Shown here: positions 1 through 17,984 of the stretch, piece after piece | How the letters are laid out: each line of letters opens with the position of its first letter | Position numbering within the stretch: position 1 is the stretch's first letter | Assembly (NCBI RefSeq): GCF_009914755.1 | Contig: NC_060947.1 | Length of the DNA: 64,000 nucleotides | Reading direction: 5' to 3' (one strand) | Origin: the human T2T-CHM13v2.0 reference genome, Homo sapiens | Translations under genes and position numbers: made by a program | The notes under the pieces: generated by a model | The model's database searches: none | The model's input: the letters and a program-made list of their open reading frames with translations, nothing else | What the model was told of the DNA's origin: nothing

Positions 1-145
1 AGTGGTTCTTAAAATATGATCTTAGAAATTTGTTACCAGTGCAAATTCCTGGGCTTCAATCCAGACCTACAGAATCAGAAACTCTGGGGGTATGTTTTAA
101 CAAGCCCTCCAGGGGATTCTGATGCATGCTGGAGTTTGAAAACTA
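1..145. mobile_element. MER5A-like hAT-Charlie DNA transposon relic
   Basis: Contains MER5-type motifs: agtggttct...ccagacctac(a)gaatcagaaactctggggg...ttttaacaagccctccagg.gattctgatgca. Confidence 0.75.
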
Positions 146-305
146 TTTAACTAAACCTACATATATAGGTTGGATAAATTTCAAAAACAATGATATTGCA
201 GAACGACAGGTTCAGTATGATACCATTATATGAAGTTTTACAACTTGCAAATAGTACTTTATATTGTTTGTGCATACATAACATGGTAGTAAAAATATTA
301 AAAAG

Positions 306-665
<360 letters not shown>

Positions 666-899
666 TCATTAACACCAAATTTAGTATAGTACTTACAGAG
701 TAGGGAAGGAGGCCAATGGGATATAGGAAAGGAGGTGTCAAACAGGAGATTTCAACCGCATTTGTGATGTTTTATTTATTTAAAAAATGTTTAAGATGCT
801 GAAATAAATATCTCTATATACACATCTTGACACTATTGTTTAGTTAATTCCTTAGAATGAATTTGGAGAAATGGAATTGCTGAACCACTTCTTTATTTC

Positions 900-1882
900 A
901 ATTACCACTATTACCATTCTAATTCTCATCTCCTCAGGTGGGTGGTATTGCAATTGTTCATTACTGATAACTGTATTCTAATATATACCCAAGCAATTCA
1001 GCATACACACTGAAACCTCCAGCTTCCAAAAATGTTACCTTGTACATATATTAATGGCAACTTCAATGGCAAAATAACTTCAAAGTCTAAACTTCTCACT
1101 TCATATTCAAGCACCTCCAAATTATGCTTACTATGTACCTCAGCTATTAATATATAATGCCAGTTACATTTAACAGCTCACATAAATATCTCTCCTTTTC
1201 CAAAATAGTTTTGCATTGCTCCATAAATGCACCACACACGCTTCGGCCTCCTTGCCTTTGCTCACTACTTATAATGACCTTATTCCCGGATATGTAAGTC
1301 CTGCTTGCACTGTAAAATCTGGCCCATGTTCTAGACACCAGCCTTCCCACTTCCATCATTTTAGAATAAATTAGATCATAAAATTACCCTCACTGATCAT
1401 TTCTTTCTTTGAAGTCTTCTAGCATTATCTTTGTCACTCATGTGGTACTCAGCCACATCATGCTTTATTATTTTTATGTAACTATGCCTGATCAACCCAG
1501 CTATACTGTATTTTTTTCCAGTTAAATTTTGTCATGCTTCGGAAAGGATTTAATGTGGTTCAACCACGGTATAAATATCCCAAGGCCATAGAGCATATTT
1601 CCCTAGCACCAAGTAGAGTACCCTACATATGACCTAAACTACAATTTCTATGAGAACAAGAAACATGACAGTATTTTTTTTCCATTGGTGTATAGCGAGT
1701 ACCCAGAAAAGATTGTACTGGGGTGGTGCAAAAGTAATCGCGGTTTTTGCCATTAAAAATAATGGCTTTTAATGGCAAAAACCGCGATTACTTTTACACC
1801 GAGCCAATAGCACACTTAGTAGACACCCAATGGCCATTTTCTGTTGAAAAAATGAATGAATGAATGAATGAATGAATGAATG
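900..1882 (+). mobile_element. Degenerate L2 3' region ending in (AATG)n
   Basis: L2-like 3' sequence with a typical aatgaatg tail at 1851-1882. Interrupted by MADE1. Boundaries approximate. Confidence 0.5.
1718..1807. mobile_element. MADE1 (Hsmar1-derived MITE), miR-548-type hairpin
   Basis: Arms 1725-1758 and 1767-1800 are 33/34 complementary. Flanked by TA at 1716-17 and 1808-09. Confidence 0.95.
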
Positions 1883-2064
1883 TGCTTTATAATTTTGTTG
1901 TAATAATGATTACTACTTCCAGGTACTAAATACTATTTGAGGCCTGCAGAATGAACAAGGAAGAAAATAACCCCTCAGAAGCCCCACAGCCCACACCATT
2001 AGCTCCCCAAAGGTTATCATCCTGGTTGGATATTATTATTAACCTCTTATTTCAAAATAAGATC

Positions 2065-2300
2065 AATAGCTAGCATTAACTGAATGCTTGGTTTGGAGAG
2101 GCGCTGTTGTAAGCATGCTGCTGGCATGACTTTATTTTCATGGCAATCCTCTGGGGCCAGTATTATGATTATTCAAAATTACAGATGAGGAAACTGAAGC
2201 CCAGAGAGGATATAACATGTCCTACATGCCATTGTTAGTAAATGGGCAAGCTAGGTCACAGAAACATGACAAAAGAGTTCATGCTCTTAACCATACTGTG
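2065..2300 (-). mobile_element. MIR SINE
   Basis: Core motif acagatgaggaaactgaagcccagagagg. Confidence 0.75.
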
Positions 2301-2489
2301 ACCACATGGAAAACTGGTTTGAAACGATAATAGTAAATTCAAATAGTTAAATTTCAATAAGGTTTATTATCTGGTTCTAAATAACCAATCAAGTTAATGA
2401 ATTCGACCACTTATGTGCAAACTGCTCTACATTTGTAGGAAGAAAACAGAGATTGACCAGGCTTCCACTACCCATCAGGTGCTTTTCTA

Positions 2490-2672
2490 TTCTCTATTTA
2501 ATTTTTTCATCCACAACATCAACTATTGCAAAGAAGTGGCATCATTATCACCATTTTGCAGGAGAGAAAATCGAGAATCAGAGAGGTGAAGTACCTTGCT
2601 CAAGATCACACACCTAGCAATTGGCAGAGGTTGGTTTTGACTCTGAGTCCAGATGTTTTACCCTGTACCACA
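2490..2672 (-). mobile_element. MIR SINE
   Basis: Contains ccattttgcaggagagaaaatcgagaatcagagaggtgaagtaccttgctcaagatcacac. Confidence 0.7.
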
Positions 2673-2792
2673 GATGCTTATTTTAGAAATTTTTAAAGAT
2701 AATAAAGGCTTCCATATACCACATGATTAAGAAGTCCCAGAACAGTTATTATTGCTGTGTGTTATCTAATATTCTAGTAACCTAAATAAGGT

Positions 2793-2794
<2 letters not shown>

Positions 2795-2823
<29 letters not shown>
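2795..2823. repeat. (CA)n microsatellite
   Basis: About 14 AC units. Confidence 0.95.
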
Positions 2824-2826
<3 letters not shown>

Positions 2827-4811
2827 TTCTATTCCGTTTACTATGCAGAGATTATAACATATGTTTAGGACAGCTAGTCAATATTTACTTTAACTCAGTT
2901 AACTTTCAGTACCATAAAATACCAGGTTTCCCATAGATCTAGTATAGGCCAACACACAAAATAAATGTTCAGGACATGTTTGCTGAGAGACCTCTTCAGA
3001 CCAACTAAGAAAAAGGTGGGGCCAGGAAAACCGTAATCATGTATACTACATTTGCTCTAGAAGAGAAAGTGGCAGTTATTTACAGTCTGGGACATCTTAT
3101 AGATTTCTTGAAATATTGAACTTTGGTGAAATATTTTGTGGCTCACTGACTTCTCTTAATATACCTATTAAGGTATTTGTAGAACTATAATTATAGCCAC
3201 TATATCTTGTTTATGCAATATTCAATTACTTACATGGCATGCCATTTATCTCAATAATTATTATATTAAATCTAAATGAGTGTTCTTAAATCAATCTATG
3301 TGCTACAGGTTTTTCCCTTATTGTACCCCCATCCTTGTGTTCATCATCTGTTTATGGAAGCAGCTCGGCTTGGAGGTTGTGGCAAATCAGCATACAGGAA
3401 AGCTTGAAAGTAATGGGAATTAGAACCAAGCTTTTGAGGGTCTTTGACATTGTTAACGCAAAATAACTGGCAAGATGCTTCGCATACCAAAAATGACTAA
3501 CTCTATTCATGTATCCACTCTTCCCCCACCCCCAAACTCCCAAGAGATGCTTAAACAGAACACACTTTGTCCTAGCATGGACAGGAAAAAAGATTAAATT
3601 AAAGAAGCTGGTGCTGCTGGCCACTCACAGAAATACAAGGGGAAATAGTACTCAACCTCTCCTCCTGATTAGCTTACTTACTTCATATCTATTTATTCTC
3701 ATCTCTGTCTCTTTCTTACCCAGGCATGAAGGATTCTCACCTATGCCCAAGCATTCCCTGCCCAGTGCAATTCAGACTTGTGTGTAGACGTGGACGCTAA
3801 TATATTTTAGCTGCCTTAACTTTCTTATCCTGGACTAATGTTGCTTCAGTCCCACATCTTGTACTTACAGGGAAAGGAAATTGTAAATAGAAACTGCCCA
3901 TTTCATTCCCTCACAAGTCATTTTCTGTGGCACACTAACTTCAAGCATTCTGAACTCAGGAATAAGGAGAAAAAACAATTTTATGAATCTATAAGACATT
4001 TTCCCTTTGATTGTCATCTCATGATCCTTCATTAAATGTAGGGGTAAAGTGTAGGAATTAAGCTAGATTACCAAGAGTGGTGAAGAAGTAAGATCTTCCA
4101 CATCACTGCCACTTCTCACACACTTACCCTATAAGTATGAGGGTGGAGAGAGAAGTTCATGTCAGAATGTGCATTCATTATTTTCCTCTATTTCAGTCTT
4201 TAAAGTAATACTTTCAATCCCTAGCCAGTGTGCTATTCCTGTTGCCTGTTAACTTGATTTAGTTAACTTGGATGTTAAAGCTTGAAGACTACCTGGAGAT
4301 CCACAAAGGCATGAGGAACAGTGGAAAAGACTTGTGGCAAAGTTACTATTCTTTTTTATATGATCAAAACAGCTGGGGCAAGAGGAAGGAGGGCAGCAAG
4401 AATGACTGAAGGAAGAAGGAAGCCACTGCCTGTCAACCATACCCCAAGAGAACAGGTGTTCTCTATCTACATATGTGCTCTGTATGCAAACAGGGTAGCT
4501 CTTATGCTATGTGTTTCACAGTCATTAAGAAACTTGAAAAGATATATTAAGTACCAGTAATAGTCATTCCTTTAATGCCAGTCATAATGGCCAGACCATG
4601 AAATTATGCAGCTCTTTCAAGTATCATAAAAAGGGTATTAAATGTATAGGCAAGAACAAATTAGAAGAGACTTTAAGGAGCATGGCTCAAAGCCCACCTT
4701 AGAAGAAATAATCTTTTACAGCATCCCCAGAGTTGGTATTTTTAACCAATAGTTCACTCTCTTCTCTACGCATAATTTTCCACATCTATACAAAGCTATG
4801 ATGGGATTAAG

Positions 4812-5000
4812 CCAGTGTTCCTCAAAAACGTGCTGCACAAAACATCTGCATCAAAATCACCTAAGTGAGGATTTTGTTAAAATTAAGATTCATGAGTCCC
4901 TCCTAAGATCCAAGGAATCAAAAATTCTGAGACTGGGACCCGGAAATATATATTTTCAACAGAGCTCCTTTCCCTCTCACCCCAGATAGTTCTAATATAT
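4812..5000. mobile_element. MER5-family fragment
   Basis: Contains cagtgttcctcaaa...catcaaaatcacct...gaatcaaaaattctg...tattttcaacagagctcc. Confidence 0.55.
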
Positions 5001-6539
5001 ACTTAATAAGCTGGAAAGATACTCGACCTCATGTGTGATTATGTTTACATTGTTATCTTTTTTAGACCATGCTTTCCCCCAACAATTTTATCGGTGCACC
5101 TCCTGCCTGTGTTTCTAGGCTCAGCTCAAAAGCAGCCTCCTTTCTAAAACCTCCCTTATCCATTTCGCCAACAATTCCAGCTCCCCTATAGCTAGGGACA
5201 GGACATGGAAAGGCTTCAGTGCTGGGATAGACAGAAGGGCTGTGCGCACTGGGACGGAGCTTAAGGAAGGGCTCTGATGTTTGCACTGAACTTTTGTGCT
5301 TGAGTTTATTCATTTTAGTTTCATTTGCTTAAAGAGCTTTAAAATGTGTAAACCAATAACTAGGCCACTTGTATTGAGCTTCTAAATGGTAAGAACACTG
5401 AATTACAAACATTTAGCAACTATAGTTGGGAAGGAATTTAGTTATTCATTTAAGGATGGAAGAACAGGAATCAAAAGGTTTGGTTACATTCACATTTTGA
5501 AACTTCATTAGGTGAAAGACAATATCAATGTTTCTTAAAGTGTGGTCCAGAAACACCCGCATCAGAAACGACAAGAGCTTATTAAAGATGCAGATTCCTA
5601 TGAAATATAATCTCTAGGAGGCAGGACTCAATAACCAGCATTTGAGAATAACACCACCAGATGAAATTCCCGTCTAGTGTCAACACTTCACTTTTCTAAT
5701 TTGTCATCATACTAATTCTTGGGGCTTTAAAAGAGCCCCAGGAAGCATAAGCCATGAGAAAGAAGTCTTAATTAGGAGATGACTGAGGCTCAGTGGAGAA
5801 TCCCAATCTCTCTGCTATGTTAGAGGGAATCAGGTAAAACCAACAATCAGGGATCATCAAGTCCTGAAAGGTTTATTTTCAGACCCTTTCCTACTTAACT
5901 GTTAACTTTTTCAAACAAAAATGGAAGAAAAAGATGTCTCAGTCAAAGACTTTCCACCTTTGTTAGTTCTGCAGGAATAGCAAAGTGCCACTGCTTATTT
6001 TTCTCGAGACCCTCAATTATCTTCTTAATAACCTCTCATATATAATAAAATTGTCAAGCCCAGGCTCCTCTGTGGACTTTCCTGATTTACACCAGCAGAT
6101 TCATCTGCACCCATAGATTTACAGGAAAACTATCTCCCCAACTCTGGCTTCATTATTAGTTATTAAACCTGGTGTCCAATACTCCCAATGCCTTCTAGAG
6201 CCTGTTTCACTGAACTCAGAAATCACTCCAAATCTGTACATATAAAGTGAGGCAAACAACATATAAGATTATCTGAGCAATTCAATGTAAAAACAAATAT
6301 ATTTACTTCACACAGCCACACATGTGGTTGACTGGTATGAAGCATATTTTTAGATGCCCAACGAAGTTTCTAAAGAGAAATGCAGAAGGACAGTACATTA
6401 GGGTTCTTTCCAATTAGAGACACAACTTGTTCTAATGAGCTGCTACCCTGTAATTTGCAGACAGTTCCATGCAGTGGTGGGACAACACTGTCAGCCATAA
6501 TGATAATCTCAAAAGCCAGTGTAAAGATCTCTGCCATAT

Positions 6540-7085
6540 CTATTCATCTATCCATCTATTCAACAAATATTTATTCTACTACTCCCTAAGTCCTGTTCTA
6601 GATGCCATGATACAGCAATGAGTGAAACAGATGAACTGGCTCCCCTCATGGGGCTTATATTCTAGTGAGAGAAATTGACAATAAATGTGAAGAAAAATAA
6701 ATAATTTCAGATAGCAATAAATTCTACAAAAAAATAAAACAGAGTAATAAAATGGAGTGGGGGATTGGGAAACTATTTTGGGTGGTTACAAAAGGCTTCC
6801 TTGAGGAGGTAACACTTGAATTGGAACATGAATGACAAGAAGGAGACACCAATGGGAAGATCTAGGTCAAAGGGAGAGGGAAATGCAAATGCAAAACCAT
6901 GAAGTTGGAAAGAGCTTCTTCTGGCTGAGGAATAACAAAAAGGCCAATATGGCTGTAACAGAGAGAAGGAGGAGAGTGGCTGGAGATAAGGTCAGTTAAG
7001 TAGCCAGAGCCTTATTGTTTAGGGTTCTATAGGCCATGGAGAGGATCATAGAGTTTATTCTAAGTGCAATGGGAAGGCAAAGAGC
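6540..7085 (-). mobile_element. L2 LINE 3' fragment
   Basis: Starts with ttcaacaaatatttatt; contains ggggcttatattctagtg, ttccttgaggaggtaaca and ttattctaagtgcaatgggaag. Confidence 0.75.
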
Positions 7086-7139
7086 CTGTGTGGACTGATG
7101 GAAGCATGATACCTGAAGATATATTTGCTTTCTTATTGG

Positions 7140-7590
7140 TAGCAATAGCTACTGTATATCAAGGCACTACCATGTGCTGAATTCCTTTAGAAAACAACAT
7201 CTCATTTTAAACCTCTCAACAACCCTGTAAAGTGAAACTTTTCCCAGATAAGGCAATGGAAACTTCACATAAAGTCACACAGATAATAAAGTGTGAAACC
7301 AGAATTCAAATCCATGTCCATCTGATTTCAAAGTCAAAGGCTATTAATCACTACACAAAGTAATATTTATTGTTAAACCAAAGTATACCTAAGTAGGAGT
7401 AACCATGTAAGTTATTTATGAAGAGCTTACTATATGCAAGGCACTAAGTGGAACTCAGTTAATCTTAACTGTTACCCTACGAGATAGGTACTATTACTAT
7501 GTCATTTTGCTAATGAGTAAATTGTGGGTGAGACAGGCTAAGGCCCAAAATTCAAATGTAGATCCTTCTGATTCCAAAACCTATACCAAT
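7140..7590 (-). mobile_element. Two adjacent MIR fragments
   Basis: Contains ctctcaacaaccctgtaaag...aaagtcacacag and cctacgagataggtactattac. Confidence 0.55.
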
Positions 7591-8139
7591 AGTATTTGCC
7601 CCAATGCCAAATGTCACTTGTCTTTAGGATTATTTTAATTCAAATGTTAGCCTAGTTAGGACACTTGACACTATCCTGCTCCTTCATGCACAGTCAGCAA
7701 GAGCACTGGAGGGACAGCAGATATCCTATGATCAAAACTGAAATTGACTGGAAGGCAAGGCAACATTTGCAAGCTAGCTCTCTTCTCTGGGTCCTTTGCA
7801 GGCAGAAGAAACTGCCCATCTGTGTGAGGACAGGAAGCTGCAAGATTTCTTTTGTATGTCTGCATCTGAGATACAATGATTATTTTGTCTTAGCTAAAAA
7901 TAGAAAAGAAAGGACTCGATAGGTCTGTAATGTCAGTAGGGATGCTAAGATCCAAGCATTCAGTGGTAATGTGCCTTGAACAACCTCTGGTATCCACTCT
8001 TCTCCACATGCCTAACAGTGTCTGGGACTCTTAAGGACCTCCTTCTATTAGGAAAAAGAAAGAGAAAGGATAGCTACCCTGAGGATGTTTTATAAGTTAA
8101 AGATTTAAAGTGCATATTACTTAAACATTGGAAAATACC

Positions 8140-8535
8140 AAACAATGGAATATTATTCAGCCATAAAAAGGAATGAAGTACTGACACATGCTACAGCATG
8201 AATGAACCTGAAAACATTATGCTCTGAAATAGCCAGACACGAAATACTACATATTGTATTTTTCCATTTATATGAAATGTCCAGACAGGTCAATTCCATG
8301 GAGACAGAAAGTAGATTAGGGGTTGCCAAGTACTGGGACACTTAGGGGAAATAGAGAGTGACTGGCAATGGGTTTGAGTTTCTTTGTGGTGGGGGGGTGG
8401 CGCTGATAAAATATTCTGAAATTAAATAGTGGTGACAGTTGCACAACGTTGTGAGTATATTAAAACCACACTGAATTATGCACTTAAGGTGAATTCCATA
8501 GTATGTAAGTTATATTTCAACAGAGCTATGATAAA
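8140..8535 (+). mobile_element. L1MB/L1MC-type 3' end
   Basis: Contains tattattcagccataaaaaggaatgaagtactgacacatgctaca...gagacagaaagtagattag. Confidence 0.8.
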
Positions 8536-8942
8536 AAGTATATGTTTGGGGAGATAATATGAACAGTATGTAATATTAACAATATATATATTCAACATCA
8601 ACACACATTTTAGAAGCTGTCTAGGCAAAAGCACTTATGGTGATTAGGACCCAGGCCTCACAGAAACTCAACACTAATGATAAGTTTTCTTTTCCTTTTT
8701 GTGCTTCTCTTTTTCTTCTTTTTTTTATTTTATTATTATTATACTTTAAGTTTTAGGGTACATGTGCACAATGTGCAGGTTAGTTACATATGTATATATG
8801 TGCCATGCTGCTGTGCTGCACCCATTAACTCGTTATTTAGCATTAGGTACATCTCCTAATGCTATACCTCTCCCCCGCCACCACCCCACAACAGTCCCCA
8901 GAGTGTGATGTTCCCCTTCCTGTGTCCATGTGTTCTCATTGT

Positions 8943-12770
<3,828 letters not shown>

Positions 12771-12833
12771 TATGATGTTAGCTGGTTATTTTGCTCATTA
12801 GTTGATGCAGTTTCTTCCTAGTCTCGATGGTCT

Positions 12834-13846
12834 TTACAATTTGACATGATCTTGCAGTGGCTGGTACCGGTTGTGCCTTTCCATGTTTAGTGCTTCCTTC
12901 AGGAGCTCTTTTAAGGCAGGCCTGGTGGTGACAAAATCTCTCAGCATTTGCTTGTCTGTAAAGGATTTTATTTCTCCTTCACTTATGAAACCAGTTTGGC
13001 TGGATATGAAATTCTGGGTTGAAAATTCTTTTCTTTAAGAATGTTGAATATTGGCCCCCACTGTCTTCTGGCTTGTAGAGTTTCTGCCGAGAGATCCGCT
13101 GTTAGTCTGATGGGCTTCCCTTTGTCGGTAACCCAACCTTTCTCTCTGGCTGCCCTTAACATTTTTTCCTTCATTTCAACTTTGGTGAATCTGACAATTA
13201 TGTGTCTTGGAGTTGCTCTCCTCGAGGAGTATCTTTGTGGCGTTCTCTGTATTTCCTGAATCTGAATGTTGGCCTGCCTTGCTAGATTGGGGAAGTTCTC
13301 CTGGATGATATCCTGCAGAGTGTTTTCCAACTTGGTTCCATTCTCCCCATCACTTTCAGGTACACCAATCAGACATAGATTTGATCTTTTCACATAGTCC
13401 CATATTTCTTGGAGGCTTTGTTTCTTTTTATTCTTTTTTTCTCTAAACTTCCCTTCTCACTTCATTTCATTCATTTCATCTTCCATCACTGATACCCTTT
13501 CTTCCAGTTGATCGCATCGGCTCCTGAGGCTTCTGCATTCATCACGTAGTTCTCAAGCCTTGGCTTTCAGCTCCATCCGCTCCTTTAAGCACTTCTCTGT
13601 ATTGGTTATTCTAGTTATACATTCTTCTAAATTTTTTGCAAAGTTTTCAACTTCTTTGCCTTTGGTTTGAATTTCCTCCTGTAGCTCAGGGTAGTTTGAT
13701 CGTCTGAAGCCTTCTTCTCCCAACTCGTCAAAGTCTTTCTCCGTCCAGCTTTGTTCCGTTGCTGGTGAGGAGCTGCGTTCCTTTGGAGGAGGAGAAGTGC
13801 TCTGCTTTTTACAGTTTCCAGATTTTCTGCTCTGTTTTTTCCCCAT
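12834..13846 (-). pseudogene. L1 ORF1p remnant
   Basis: MGKKQSRKSGN... and RATPRHIIVRF fragments, broken by stops and frameshifts. Confidence 0.95.
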
Positions 13847-13849
13847 CTT

Positions 13850-14878
13850 TGTGGTTTTATCTACTTTTGGTCTTTGATGATGGTGATGTACAGATGGGTT
13901 TTTGGTGTGGATGTCCTTTCTGTTTGTTAGTTTTCCTTCTAACAGACAGGACCCTCAGCTGCAGGTCTGTTGGACTTTGCTAGAGGTCCACTCCAGACCC
14001 TGTTTGCCTGGGTACCAGCAGTGGTGGCTGCAGAACAGCGGATTTTCATGAACCGCGAATGCTGTCTGATTGTTCCTCTGGAAGTTTTGTCTCAGAGTAG
14101 TACCCAGCCGTGTGAGGTGTCAGTCTGCCCCTACTGGGGGGTTCCTCCGAGTTAGGCTGCTCGGGGGTCAGGGGTCAGGGACCCACTTGAGGAGGCAGTC
14201 TGCCCGTTCTCAGATCTCCAGCTGCGTGCTGGGAGAACCACTGCTCTCTTCAAAGCTGTCAGACAGGGACATTTAAGCCTGCAGAGGTTACTGCTGTCTT
14301 TTTGTTTGTCTGTGCCCTGCCCCCAGAGGAGGAGCCTACAGAGGCAGGCAGGCCTCCTTAAGCTGTGGTGGGCTCCACCCAGATCGAGCTTCCCGGCTGC
14401 TTTGTTTACCTAAGCAAGCCTGGGCAATGGTGGGCACCCCTCCCCCAGCCTTGCTGCTGCCTTGCCGTTTGATCTCAGACTGCTGTGCTAGCAATCAGCA
14501 AGACTCCCTGTGAGTAGGACCCTCCGAGCCATGTGCGGGATATAATCTCCTGGTGCGCCATTTTTTCAGCCCGTCGGAAAAGCACAGTATTGGGGTGGGA
14601 GTGACCCGAATTTCCAGGTGCCGTCTGTCACCCCTTTCTTTGACTAGGAAAGGGAACTCCCTGACCCCTTGTGCTTCCCGAGTGAGGCAATGCCTTGCCC
14701 TGCTTCGGCTCGCACACGGTACGCTGCACCCACTGACCTGCGCCCACTGTCTGGCACTCCCTAGTGAGATGAACCCGGTACCTCAGATGGAAATGCAGAA
14801 ATCACCCGTCTTCTGCGTCGCTCACGCTGGGAGCTATAGACCAGAGCTGTTCCTATTCGGCCATCTTGGCTCTCTCCT
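13850..14878 (-). promoter_or_regulatory. L1 5' UTR internal promoter (YY1 site) and antisense promoter
   Basis: CAAGATGGCC motif at about 14859-14868. The ORF0 ATG lies at 14427 on the + strand. Confidence 0.75.
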
Positions 14879-15174
14879 TCTTTTTTTCTTTAGTGTCCTA
14901 ATAAGGATTCTTCTTGCAATCCCTCAAGAATGAAAGAAATTGAGAGGCTCAAGACTCAGACAGGAAGAAAGAGGACTATTATCTTAAATCTGTTGGTAGA
15001 CTCTGGCATTGGCCATTTATTTGCTAGCATTAGAGTTAGAACAGATTAAGAGAAAAGTATAGAGCTGACTGAAAGTTTTGGAACCTCAACTTTTTCATGC
15101 TGGAGAAAACATTGAAAGACACTACTCATAGTATTATTCATGATAATGATTGCATGTGTGATTATAATTAAAAT

Positions 15175-15640
15175 AGCAGCTAATATTTGAATACTCACTT
15201 TGTGCCAGGTACTATATTAACTGCTTTAAGTACATTTTCTTATTTACTCCTCCCATTATCCTGTGAGGCAGGTGCTACTATTTACTCCATTTGATAGATG
15301 AGAAAAGAGAGACACAGAAAGCTTAAGCAACATACTCCATGTCAAAAATCTGGTAAGTGTTGGGACCAGAATAGAAGCCTAGCCGGTCTGATAACTCATG
15401 TCCTTAGCCACTACACTATATACTAGTTACCAGTAGCAGTGGTGATAATCATAGTAAAATTGGCTAAAATGTGCTGAGCACCTGCTTCCTACCAGGCAGT
15501 CTATGAGGTAGGTGATAATATTAATCTCCATTTGGTAGATAAAGAGACAGAGACATGGGGAGACTTGGTAACCTGTCCAAGGGCATAGGATGTCCAACCT
15601 TCCTAGAAAGTAGCAGACTATGGAATCAAATTCAGGTGGT
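15175..15640 (-). mobile_element. Two tandem MIR elements
   Basis: Contains tgtgccaggtactatatt...ccatttgatagatgagaaaagaga and ctatgaggtaggt...ccatttggtagataaagagacagagac. Confidence 0.7.
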
Positions 15641-16654
15641 CACTAAACCCCGCTACCTTCTTTTCTGACATTTTTGTCCTAAGCTCACATATAAGGGGAG
15701 ATTCAGTACCCGCCTAACCCAACTCTCAAGTCAATTGCATTCATCGTCCAGCCTCCTCTAACCTGTGAAATCAACCAATGTAGGTGTTTGACTGGTATCT
15801 CTCATTCCTCTCTGCACACCAATGGCTACTCTCTGTGCCACCCTAGTCCTTCTGGCCTATCTGTGGAAGAGAGATATTTTTTCCTCCAAACATAAATCAT
15901 GCAGCAGTAAGTGCACTGACCAGCCTTTGAGTTGTACAAAGGCAGCCTTGGCATTTCTCTTTTCATGTATTTTGCACAACAGAGAGCAACTGGGACAGGC
16001 AAATCCCCACTGCCTATAAGCTGCAACAGGAGTTTTACAGGCTTCTCATCTAATTAAGGAAAGGTTGGATTTTTCAGGGTCTTTGGCCTGAAGTACATCT
16101 GTTTTATTCATTGAAAAAGGCTTCCCAAAATGAGGCATTAAATAAAAGTGCTGATTGAATTTTATCACCCTATGTAATTAGAAAATAAAAATGAATCTGA
16201 TAATACATTTTTAAATGATACTGTCCTTCACACACAATAAATTTCTTCAATTTTTCCCCTTATATATGCATTCACATCTGTATAATCTATTTTAGAGTGA
16301 ATACATTTTAAGGATAATGTTACAATCTATCTTGTCAGATGTAAATATTAAATATGTTCTAACATCAGGACATAGTCAGTGCCAAAGTAGGGATTCTAAG
16401 GACAATAAGGAAAAGGCCAGACAGTGATATGAGCCTGGGAATAGTAGGCTGAGGCATAAATCCCCTATGGTTGCTAAAATCAACGTAAGTAAATCAAGGT
16501 TCCGGGATCTAGATTCAAAAACAATGAAACAGCTAGGTCTCTATAGTCTGCATTCCCAGAAGTCTGATAGGCAAAAAAAAAAAACAAAAAACAGTAATCA
16601 GATTATCAATATGAGCTTGATACTGGGATAGAGTTTCATTGCCACAGAGGTCCC

Positions 16655-16656
<2 letters not shown>

Positions 16657-16702
<46 letters not shown>
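16657..16702. repeat. (AC)23 microsatellite
   Basis: Perfect AC run. Confidence 0.97.
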
Positions 16703-16705
<3 letters not shown>

Positions 16706-17384
16706 GACAAGGCAGGATATTTTCTCAGTATGTAAGTGGAACTGGACTTAAAAGAGTCAGAAAAGTGGCAGCAGCTGGCAATGGAAAGAGTGACAAAATC
16801 AATAGCTATAGCTGGGTTCTAATAAATGTCAAAAAAGGCTTTTATTAAGGCAGTGTTGTTCTCAATTATGAATATGCATGGACTGAGCTGGTAAGCAGCA
16901 GATTGCCTGAATAACTCTTTCAACAGGGGCTCAATGTCATTCTGGAGTTACAGAGCCAAGGATGGCACACAAGAATGCTGCTGTCAAGAGCACCTGCTCT
17001 GGACTCATCTCTCTTCTCACTACATACTTCAGACAGTGGCCTTCAAAAGGCCAGACTGCATTAAGCATGTCTTATACAATGTGGAATGCTTTCTTTCTAA
17101 AGCCCTCAATTGAAACAAAAATGTTGCTTTTGTTCTATTTTAAAGAAATCTCGTATTATTTAAAGGAAGGGGCAGTAGCACACTTGGTATTACTCTAGTG
17201 ACCTTAGAGAATTTCTTCACGAGACCTGACCAGCTCAATGGGCATAAGTTAATATTTTGATGGTCAATCTTTTATGAATGTTGCATTTATTGAAATGTAA
17301 TTCCATTTGCATTATGGTCATGCTATGTCATATTTTTGTAATGTCCCCTGTAGGAAATGCATCAGAAACTTTACTTACATGATA

Positions 17385-17974
<590 letters not shown>

Positions 17975-17984
17975 CAGTTTATGT

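Noticed and set aside
3352-4560. Several short ORFs in non-repeat DNA
   Set aside because: Their composition looks random and their lengths are as expected by chance.
8685-8740. TSD of the full-length L1
   Set aside because: Both flanks are T/C-rich (ttcttttttt), so a TSD cannot be defined reliably.
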